Assembly: GCA_938008885.1 (NCBI GenBank) | Contig: CALLIV010000116.1 | Span: 1,366 to 65,365, forward strand | Reading direction: 5' to 3' | DNA from: an uncultured Rhodospirillales bacterium | GTDB lineage: Bacteria; Pseudomonadota; Alphaproteobacteria; Acetobacterales; Acetobacteraceae | Length of the DNA stretch: 64,000 nt | In this document: positions 57,055 through 64,000 of the stretch, piece by piece | Position numbering within the stretch: the first letter of the stretch is position 1 | Layout of the letters: every line of letters starts with the position of its first letter | Notes under the pieces: model-generated | What the model saw: the letters and a program-made list of their open reading frames with translations, nothing else | Databases searched by the model: none | What the model was told of the DNA's origin: nothing | Program-made: the position numbers and the translations under genes

Positions 57055-58176
57055 TCACCACGGGACCGGCGTCCCGTCCCAGGCGAAGAACCCGCCGGTG
57101 TCCGCGGGCGTCAGCCGGTCCATCACCGCGAGCAGCGCCGCCGCCGCGCGGCCCGGCGCGAGCAGGTCCGGCACGCCCGCCTGGAAGGGCTGGCTGAGCG
57201 CCGTGTCGACCGTGCCCGGATGCAGCGCCACGCACACGCCAAGAGGCCGCGTCCGCGCATGCTCGATTGCCAGCGTGCGGATCAGCATGTTCAGCGCGGC
57301 CTTCGAGGTCCGGTAGCCGTACCAGCCGCCCAGCCGGTTGTCCCCGATGCTGCCCACCCGCGCCGACAGCGCCGCGAAGACGCTGGGCCGGTCCCGCGGC
57401 GTGAGCGGCAGCAGGTGCTTGGCGACCAGCGCCGGTCCCGCCGCATTGACCGCGAACAGCTCCGTCAGTGCCTCCACGGACAAGGCCCTCATCGCCTTCT
57501 CGGGCATCAGTCCGGTTCGGTGCAGCCGCCCGGTGGCCACCACGATCCGCTCCGGCGCGCCGATCCCGGCAATGGCCTGCGCCGCCATGGCCAGGGTGCG
57601 CTCGTCCAGGATGTCGGCCGGGAGCCAGTCGCCCGCCCATCCCTCCGGCCGTCGACGGGAGAGGGCCACCACGCGCGCGAAGCCGGGATCGGCGGTGAGC
57701 CGGTCGGCGAGGGCACGCCCGATCCCGCCCGCGGCCCCGACCACCACGGCGATCCGTGTCACGGCCGCACCGGCCAGCAGGCCGATCACCGCACCGGCCG
57801 TCAGCACCGACCGCAACCGCGGATACCACGCCGGCAGTTCGGAGGACGTGACGTCCCACACCCAGTGCAGGCCCAGCGCCACCGCGAGCCCGAGCAACTG
57901 CACCGTCCGGTCCGGCACCACCAGCACCCCCAGCCCCACAACGCTGGGCAGCATCGCCAGCGACACGGTCGACGCCGAGGGCCTGGGCGCGCCGACCGCG
58001 AACCCCCAGCGCGCCCCGCCCAGGAACGAGAGGATCAGCGCGCCGTAGAGCGCCAGCACCTGCCCCGCGAACCCGCTCCAGCCAGGCGCGAGCCACGGCG
58101 CCAGCGGCGGCGCGAGGAAAGGGATCAGGCCGGCCGCACCATAGGCCGCCACGACGAAGGGAGGCGTTCGGGTCAT
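57055..58176 (-). CDS. In-frame fusion of a DUF3429-like membrane protein and a CsgA (C-factor)-like SDR
   Basis: N-terminal half G.AGLIPF / YGALILSFLGGARWG; from GTG 57762, VVGAAGGIG, LSARVGSIGDNRLGGWYGYRTSKAALNM and LHPGTVDT. Confidence 0.8.
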   Translation of the reverse strand: MTRTPPFVVAAYGAAGLIPFLAPPLAPWLAPGWSGFAGQVLALYGALILSFLGGARWGFAVGAPRPSASTVSLAMLPSVVGLGVLVVPDRTVQLLGLAVALGLHWVWDVTSSELPAWYPRLRSVLTAGAVIGLLAGAAVTRIAVVVGAAGGIGRALADRLTADPGFARVVALSRRRPEGWAGDWLPADILDERTLAMAAQAIAGIGAPERIVVATGRLHRTGLMPEKAMRALSVEALTELFAVNAAGPALVAKHLLPLTPRDRPSVFAALSARVGSIGDNRLGGWYGYRTSKAALNMLIRTLAIEHARTRPLGVCVALHPGTVDTALSQPFQAGVPDLLAPGRAAAALLAVMDRLTPADTGGFFAWDGTPVPW

Positions 58177-58373
58177 GCGCACACGCAAGCAGGCCCGCAC
58201 CCCATTGCGCGGGTTCGCGGCGCAGATGGGGCCGATGCGCGGCGCGGCAAGCCGTCGGCCACCGGGGGCGGCCGGCCAGGGGCAGCCGAATAGAGGCAGC
58301 CGGGCCGGGGCAGCCGAACGCGGCGAGCGGATGGGCTCGCCGCCGCCCGCCTGCGCCCCGACCGGAGCCGAGG

Positions 58374-59399
58374 CTAGAGGGTGATGACCATGCGCCCGTC
58401 GACCTTGCCCGACTTCAGGTCACCGAAGATCCCGTTGATGTCATCCAGCTTGGCCGAATGGTAGTGCACCTTGACCTTGCCCTCGGCGGCGAAGGCGATC
58501 GCCTCGGCCAGGTCCTTCCGCGTGCCGACGATGGAGCCGCGGATGGTGATCCGCTTCAGCACCACGTCGAAGATCGGCGTCTGGAAGTCGCCCGGCGGCA
58601 GTCCGACCAGGCTGATCGTGCCGTGCCGGCGTGTCAGGTCAATCGCCTGGCGGAACGCCGGCGGAGAGACGGCGGTCACCAGCACGCCATGCGCGCCGCC
58701 CGAGGTCTTCGCCACCACCTGCGCCACCGCATCCGGATCGCGCGCGTTCACCGTGGCGTCGGCGCCCAGGGTGCGGGCGAGCGCCAGCTTGTCCTCGGTC
58801 ACGTCCAACGCGACCACGTGCAGTCCCATGGCCTTGGCGTATTGCACCGCGACGTGGCCGAGCCCGCCGATGCCGGAGATGGCGACCCATTCGCCGGGCC
58901 GCGCCTCGGTCTCCTTCAGGCCCTTGTAGGTGGTGACGCCGGCGCACAGGATAGGCGCGAGGGCGGCGAAGTCCGGGTTGGCGGGCAAGCGGCCGACATA
59001 GTCCGCGGCGCCGATCGCGTATTCGGCGAAGCTGCCGTTCACGCTGTAGCCGCTGTCGTTCTGCTTCTCGCACAACGTTTCCCAGCCGGTCATGCAGTGC
59101 TCGCAGCGGCCGCAGGCGTCGTGCAGCCAGGCGATACCGACCGGGTCGCCTTCCTTCAGGCCGACCACGCCGGGGCCGAGGGCGGCGACGATGCCGGCGC
59201 CTTCGTGGCCGGGGATGAACGGGGCGGTGGGCTTGACGGGCCAGTCGCCGTCGGCGGCGTGCAGGTCGGTGTGGCAGACGCCGGTGGCGACGATCTTGAC
59301 CAGCACCTCACCGAAGCCGGGGGTCGGGACGGGCACGTCCTCGATGCTCAGTGGGGCGCCGAGGCGGCGGACCACCGCGGCCTTCATCATCTTCGTCAT
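58374..59399 (-). CDS. adhP: Zn-dependent alcohol dehydrogenase, AdhP type
   Basis: [33 protein letters not shown] and [10 protein letters not shown] motifs. Confidence 0.95.
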   Translation of the reverse strand: MTKMMKAAVVRRLGAPLSIEDVPVPTPGFGEVLVKIVATGVCHTDLHAADGDWPVKPTAPFIPGHEGAGIVAALGPGVVGLKEGDPVGIAWLHDACGRCEHCMTGWETLCEKQNDSGYSVNGSFAEYAIGAADYVGRLPANPDFAALAPILCAGVTTYKGLKETEARPGEWVAISGIGGLGHVAVQYAKAMGLHVVALDVTEDKLALARTLGADATVNARDPDAVAQVVAKTSGGAHGVLVTAVSPPAFRQAIDLTRRHGTISLVGLPPGDFQTPIFDVVLKRITIRGSIVGTRKDLAEAIAFAAEGKVKVHYHSAKLDDINGIFGDLKSGKVDGRMVITL

Positions 59400-59444
59400 C
59401 GCTCGCTCCTGTCTTGCGCGAGCGTGATCTAGCGGCCGGCGCGG

Positions 59445-60368
59445 TCACCCGGCATTGAGGTCGATCAATCGCGTGCCGTCCTGTCGTGCCACGGGGCGAG
59501 CGGGGGCGTGCGGCCTGTTCCAGGCGACAGGCTGCGGCGCGAGCGGGATGACGCGCAGCACCACGAACCAGGGATAGCGCGTGTCCAGCACGAGCCCGTC
59601 CGGGGTCGCGAGCCGGCCCTCCGCCGTGACCGGCACGTGCTTGAGCGTCACCGCGTCCCCCACATTGCCGCCCACGACGCTGATCTGGCCGGCGATCGGC
59701 AGGGAGACGACGATATCGCAGTGCGCGGGAAACGGGTCGCCGGTCGGGAGGTCGTCGAACCGCATGGTGGCGGCCGGACCGCGCCCGACGCAGATCAGGT
59801 CGCCGGGGCGCGGGGCGTACGCTTCGGGGCGTTTGGCGTTGACCACCCATCGCGTGCTGGCGTTGCCCGTCATGCGGGCAGCGGCGTTGATGTAGGCGGC
59901 ATGGTCGGCGGCGTAGGGGAAGTAGGGGCCCGCACCGGCGATCCGCATCACGTAGGAGACGAACGCCGCCGACCAGGCGAAGGCGCCGTCCCGGCTCGCG
60001 GGGAACACCCGGCCGCCGGCATCGTGCTTGCCGGTCCAGCCACTCTCGGGGGAGCCGGCATCGAGTCCCAGCCACCAGTACTCGCCGACGCGCTGCCAGT
60101 ATCCGGACTGCCGCTCCGGTTTCTCGTCCGGCGCTGGGGGCGGACGCGAGCCCGGTGGGTCGTCGTCCACCAGCTGACCCCACAGGCGCCACTCGCGTAG
60201 TGCAATCGACACCACAGATGTTGTGGAGAACGGCTCATACGGCTTGGTCGCGAACGGGGGCACGTGCGCATCGGGCGCGATCCGTGCCGGAGCGCAGCCG
60301 GCAAGTCCGAGTCCGCACGCCGATACGATCGCAAGCGCAGGCAGGCCATTGCGAGACCAGAACGCCAC
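59445..60368 (-). CDS. DUF2272 family lipoprotein (CHAP-like putative cell-wall hydrolase)
   Basis: Lipobox LAGC; WSAAFVSYVM, PRPGDLIC and AHCDIVV motifs; start GTG 60368 or 60395. Confidence 0.75.
   Translation of the reverse strand: MAFWSRNGLPALAIVSACGLGLAGCAPARIAPDAHVPPFATKPYEPFSTTSVVSIALREWRLWGQLVDDDPPGSRPPPAPDEKPERQSGYWQRVGEYWWLGLDAGSPESGWTGKHDAGGRVFPASRDGAFAWSAAFVSYVMRIAGAGPYFPYAADHAAYINAAARMTGNASTRWVVNAKRPEAYAPRPGDLICVGRGPAATMRFDDLPTGDPFPAHCDIVVSLPIAGQISVVGGNVGDAVTLKHVPVTAEGRLATPDGLVLDTRYPWFVVLRVIPLAPQPVAWNRPHAPARPVARQDGTRLIDLNAG
59455..59468 (-). promoter_or_regulatory. FNR/FixK-like box upstream of adhP
   Basis: Minus strand TTGAT-CGAC-CTCAA (1 mismatch); candidate -10 TAGATC at 59431-59426. 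Confidence 0.65.
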
Positions 60369-60405
60369 GGACCTGCGGCGAGCCGGGGCGCACATGGCCG
60401 GCCGG

Positions 60406-61494
60406 TCAGGCCCGTTCGGGGAACAGGGCCCGCAGGCCGTCGGGCGAGGCGTCGCAGCGACCGCGCTCCGTGATCAGGCCGGTGACCAACCGAGCGGGTG
60501 TGACGTCGAAGGCCGGGTTTGCCGCGGGGCTGTCCGCCGCCGCCACCCGCACCGTCGCGATCCGCCCGTCGGGCAGGCGGCCGGTGATATCGGTGACCTC
60601 GCTGCCGCTGCGTTCCTCGATCGGGATTTCCGCCACGCCGTCCGACACCCGCCAGTCGATGGTCGAGGAGGGCAGCGCCACCCAGAATGGAATGCCGTTG
60701 TCCCGCGCCGCCAAGGCCTTGAGATACGTGCCGATCTTGTTGGCCACGTCGCCGGTCCGGGTCACCCGGTCGGTGCCGACGATCGCGAGGTCGACCATGC
60801 CGTGCTGCATCAGGTGACCACCGGCATTGTCCGCCACCACCGTGTGGGGCACGCCGTGCTTGCCCAGCTCCCACGCGGTCAGCGCGGCGCCCTGGTTGCG
60901 GGGACGGGTCTCGTCCACCCAGACATGCACGTGCAGCCCGGCGTCATGTGCCATGTAGATCGGCGACAGCGCCGTGCCCCAGTCCACGGTCGCGAGCCAG
61001 CCCGCATTGCAATGCGTCAGCACGTTGACGCGGCCCCGCGCCTCCGCGACTTCCCGCAGCAGCGGCAGGCCGTGCCGGCCGATCGCCTCGTTCTGCGCCG
61101 CATCCTCGTCCGCGATCGCGGCGGATTCGGCCCACGCAACCGCCACCCGCTCCGAAACCGGCGTGTTGCGCAGCCGCGTCAACATCCGCTCCAGCGCCCA
61201 GCGCAGGTTGATCGCGGTCGGACGCGTCTCGGCCAGCAGGGCGGCGTCCCGCTCCATCGCCTCGGTCGAGGCATCGGCCCGCAGCGCCAGGCACAGCCCG
61301 TACGCGGCCACCGCCCCGATCAGCGGCGCCCCGCGCACCTGCATGGTCCGGATCGCATGCGCGACCTCGTCGCGCCGCGTGAGCCGCAGGATCTCCAACG
61401 CCCAGGGCAGTTTGGTCTGATCGATGATGCAGAGGACACCCGGGTCGGATGAGTCCACCCACACGCTGCGATAGGGAACGCCGTCGATCTTCAC
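60406..61494 (-). CDS. mtnA: S-methyl-5-thioribose-1-phosphate isomerase
   Basis: [44 protein letters not shown] and NPAFDVTP motifs. Confidence 0.96.
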   Translation of the reverse strand: MKIDGVPYRSVWVDSSDPGVLCIIDQTKLPWALEILRLTRRDEVAHAIRTMQVRGAPLIGAVAAYGLCLALRADASTEAMERDAALLAETRPTAINLRWALERMLTRLRNTPVSERVAVAWAESAAIADEDAAQNEAIGRHGLPLLREVAEARGRVNVLTHCNAGWLATVDWGTALSPIYMAHDAGLHVHVWVDETRPRNQGAALTAWELGKHGVPHTVVADNAGGHLMQHGMVDLAIVGTDRVTRTGDVANKIGTYLKALAARDNGIPFWVALPSSTIDWRVSDGVAEIPIEERSGSEVTDITGRLPDGRIATVRVAAADSPAANPAFDVTPARLVTGLITERGRCDASPDGLRALFPERA

Positions 61495-61994
61495 CGGGCC
61501 GACACCCGCTGGTGCAGCACGCAGACCAGCGTGAACAGCCGGCGCGCGGTGTCGAAGTCGATCTCGATCTTGCCGGCGAGCCGTTGCCGCATCAGCTCCG
61601 CTCCCTCGTTGTGCAGGCCGCGCCGGCCCATGTCGATCGCCTGGATGCGCGCCTCACGACCTTCTTCGACCGCCAAGATGTGGCTGTCCACCAGCAATTG
61701 GTAGTCCTTCACCAGCCGGCGAAATGGGGTGAGCACCAGACCAATCGCCGTGACGGGCACGCCCGTCCGGTCGCGGATATCGAAGATCAGGCGGCCGTCG
61801 CGGATCGCCAGATGCAGCTCGTAGGGGCCGGCCACCTGCGCGCGGGTCAGCGGCGCGAAATGGCTTGCCGCGGCCAAGTCGGTGACCGCCTGCTCGCGAT
61901 CGGCTTCGATGAACGGGGACAGGCTGGCCTGGCTCTCCCCCTCCAGCACCACGCGCGCCAGCCGGGCGCCTTCCGTCTCGGTCGTGCTGGTCAT
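61491..61994 (-). CDS. UPF0262 family protein
   Basis: Start ATG 61994 (ATGA overlap). [16 protein letters not shown] and [11 protein letters not shown] motifs. Confidence 0.88.
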   Translation of the reverse strand: MTSTTETEGARLARVVLEGESQASLSPFIEADREQAVTDLAAASHFAPLTRAQVAGPYELHLAIRDGRLIFDIRDRTGVPVTAIGLVLTPFRRLVKDYQLLVDSHILAVEEGREARIQAIDMGRRGLHNEGAELMRQRLAGKIEIDFDTARRLFTLVCVLHQRVSAR

Positions 61995-62419
61995 GGGGCG
62001 TCGGCGTGCGGCTTGAGCAGGTTCAGCGCCAGCATCAGCCCGACCATCGCACCCTTGATCGGCCGCAGCAGCGCCAACGCAATGACCAGCGTGAGCGGCA
62101 CGAAGATCGCCGCCATCACCCAGTCGGGCGGCTGTTCCGCCCGTTCGAGCAGCAGCATCAGCGGCACCACGATGTGGCCGGTGACCAGGATCGTGAAATA
62201 GGGCGGCGCGTCGTCGGCCCGCGCCAGACCGACCGGGGCGTGGCAGTTGGCACAGGCATCGCGAACCCGCAGGAAGCCGGCGAACAGCGGCGCCTGCCCG
62301 CAGACCGGGCACCGCCCCCGCAGGCCACGGGCCATCGCGGTCGCGATCGTCGGCATCGGACCGGTTCCCAATGCGGGAGGAGCGGCCGAGCGGTCGGGCT
62401 GCCAGCTCGTGGACGGCAT
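61991..62419 (-). CDS. DUF983 family zinc-ribbon membrane protein
   Basis: GRCPVCG..LF..FL.V..CA.C, RADDAPPYF and LLRPIKG motifs; ATG 62419 lies behind GAGG. Confidence 0.88.
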   Translation of the reverse strand: MPSTSWQPDRSAAPPALGTGPMPTIATAMARGLRGRCPVCGQAPLFAGFLRVRDACANCHAPVGLARADDAPPYFTILVTGHIVVPLMLLLERAEQPPDWVMAAIFVPLTLVIALALLRPIKGAMVGLMLALNLLKPHADAP

Positions 62420-62527
62420 CGTGGTCCTCAATTGCCTCTCGCGCACAGATGGCGTCCGATATGCTGCGCTGCAACATCCCTTATCGCGCGTCTTGCCCGG
62501 CAACGCCAGCGGTCCGACACTGCATGC

Positions 62528-63172
62528 ATGGCCCGCATCCTGGTGATCAACCCCAATTCGTCGCGCCCCTGCTCCGACGGGATCGACGACGCGCTCGCCC
62601 CATTCCGATTTCCCCGCGGCCCCAGCTTCGACGTGGTCACGCTGGCCGAGGGACCGCCGGGGATCTACTCCTGGCAGGACTGGCACGCGGTGGTGGATCC
62701 GCTCTGCCGCTTCGTCGCGCGCGAGACGGCCGACGTCGTGGTGATCGCCTGCGCCTCCGACCCCGGCATCGAGGCGGTGCGCGCCGTCACCCCCGTCCCC
62801 GTGCTGGGCGTGTTCCGCTGCGCGGTGGCGGCCGCGGTGGCCCGCACCGAACGCTTCGGGGTGATCGCCCTGGTGGATGCCTCGAAAGCCCGGCACCTGG
62901 CCGCGCTGCGGACGATGGGGCTGGAGCAGCGCCTGGCGGCAGAGATCGCCATGAACGTCTCGATCGACACGCTGCTCGATCCCGATGCGGCGCGGGAGCA
63001 TCTGGTCGCGACCGCCCGCGACCTGGTGGCCCAGGGCGCCGGCGCGGTGATCCTGGGCTGCACCGGCATGGCGCATCATCGCGCGGCGATTGAAGCGGCG
63101 TGTGGCGTGCCGGTGATCGAGCCCTGCCAGGCCGCCGCCGCACAGGCACTCGGGACCGTCCTGGCGCGCTGA
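62528..63172 (+). CDS. Asp/Glu/hydantoin racemase family protein
   Basis: ILVINPNS, IACASDPG and VILGCTGMA (two catalytic Cys); start ATG 62528. Confidence 0.9.
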   Translation: MARILVINPNSSRPCSDGIDDALAPFRFPRGPSFDVVTLAEGPPGIYSWQDWHAVVDPLCRFVARETADVVVIACASDPGIEAVRAVTPVPVLGVFRCAVAAAVARTERFGVIALVDASKARHLAALRTMGLEQRLAAEIAMNVSIDTLLDPDAAREHLVATARDLVAQGAGAVILGCTGMAHHRAAIEAACGVPVIEPCQAAAAQALGTVLAR

Positions 63173-63208
63173 CGCGGTTCGGGGGCGGGGAGGGCCGGTG
63201 CGCGCCGA

Positions 63209-63278
63209 GATCAGCCGCCCAGGATCAGCCGCCCGGGTTTCAGCCGCCCAGGATCAGCCGCCGGGGATCATCCGCCGG
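63209..63278. repeat. Five ~14-bp tandem units overlapping the glycosyltransferase stop codon
   Basis: gatcagccgcccag / gatcagccgcccgg / gtttcagccgcccag / gatcagccgccggg / gatcatccgccgg. Confidence 0.85.
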
Positions 63279-64000
63279 TGCCGGCTGCGAGCCGCCGGCT
63301 GAGCGCGGCCGACAGCTCCTCCCGCCGTGCCCAGAGCGACCGGTACCATGCGATGCGGTCCGCCACCTGGTACGCCAGCATGCGGTTTCCGGCCACGTAG
63401 CGCCGCGCGGCCTCGCCGATCGCCAGCGCCCGTTCCGGCAGGGCCAGCAGCCGCAGCAGATGGCCGCGCAGCTCCTCCGCGTCGCGGAACAGCAGGCCGG
63501 TCTCCCCGTCGACGATGCTGTCGGCATACACGATCGGGCTCGCCACCGAGACCACCCGGCATGCGCCGGCCTCGATGAACTTCAGGTCGGACTTGGAGCG
63601 GTTGAACGTCGTGTCGCCCAGCGGCATCAGCGAAATCTCGCTGCCGCCCAGCAGGGACATGTAGGTCTCGTAGTCGCAGGTGGGGGTGAAGCGCTTGTGC
63701 GGCGTCTCCAGCGCCTCGAAGAACAGCCGGTCGTGCACGACCTCGAAGCGCAGCCGCTCTCCGGCGCCGCGCGCCACCTCGTTCAGCACCGGCATCAGCG
63801 GCTGCCAGTCCGGCTCCCGGTTCAGCGCGCCGAAGAACAGCGTGAGCCGCCCGAAATCGGCGAAATTGCGCGGCTCCGGCAACGCGGTGAGCGCGTTCGG
63901 GAACACCGCGACCTCGGGGTTGCGCTGGCGCAGCACCGCGGCCAGCGTCGGGGTGCTGGTCTGCACCGCGTGAACGCCGCGGAAGGTCAGGTGCCCGCCG
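63268..64000 (-). CDS. Glycosyltransferase (GT-B/GT4-like) C-terminal part, 5'-truncated by the window edge
   Basis: Frame is open to the edge; motifs ...FNRSKSDLKFIEAG..VSVASP..Y..IVDGETGLLF. Confidence 0.8.
   Translation of the reverse strand, partial: GGHLTFRGVHAVQTSTPTLAAVLRQRNPEVAVFPNALTALPEPRNFADFGRLTLFFGALNREPDWQPLMPVLNEVARGAGERLRFEVVHDRLFFEALETPHKRFTPTCDYETYMSLLGGSEISLMPLGDTTFNRSKSDLKFIEAGACRVVSVASPIVYADSIVDGETGLLFRDAEELRGHLLRLLALPERALAIGEAARRYVAGNRMLAYQVADRIAWYRSLWARREELSAALSRRLAAGTGG

Noticed and set aside
58265-58320. Three GGCAGCCG copies between adhP and the DUF3429 fusion
   Set aside because: Short and irregularly spaced; expected by chance at this GC content.
1-64000. tRNA, rRNA, transposase, integrase, phage or known defence genes
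   Set aside because: None recognised; the only TA-like signal is the decayed module at 56669.

Overview
A high-GC (~70% by eye) alphaproteobacterial chromosomal segment; gene content and synteny suggest Acetobacteraceae (inference). In order it carries: an EmrB-type MFS pump plus outer-membrane factor; a convergent EPS/glycosylation cluster (beta-barrel, WecB/TagA, two GT2, priming transferase, GtrA); a Liv-type ABC operon; an OMF-mdtABC RND operon; a ThDP enzyme, SnoaL protein and CoA-transferase; an MFS pump; dedA/ATP-grasp/uppP; a His-rich CDF; gltX/comEC; erpA/dgt; a basic DUF6496-type protein; an IclR-linked catabolic operon; etfBA-hbd; MscS plus a 2OG-Fe dioxygenase; cysK/rhodanese; a decayed ParDE-like module; a DUF3429-SDR fusion; adhP; DUF2272; mtnA; a racemase; and a partial glycosyltransferase. 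No rRNA, tRNA, CRISPR array or intact transposase is visible. The strongest unexplained signals are: (1) a candidate FNR/FixK-activated sRNA downstream of gltX, with a perfect TTGAT-N4-ATCAA box, an anti-SD tract and an intrinsic terminator, plus a second FNR-like box at adhP; (2) a 98-codon ORF built from a palindromic REP-like repeat that bridges mdtB and mdtC and overlaps both by stop/start coupling; (3) a 103-aa mini-paralog of the Liv binding protein lacking its ligand-binding core; (4) a coupled DedA/ATP-grasp/UppP module; (5) a 5-codon uORF made from start-codon tandem repeats that feeds the WecB/TagA gene. Product calls rest on motif recognition by eye; no searches were run.
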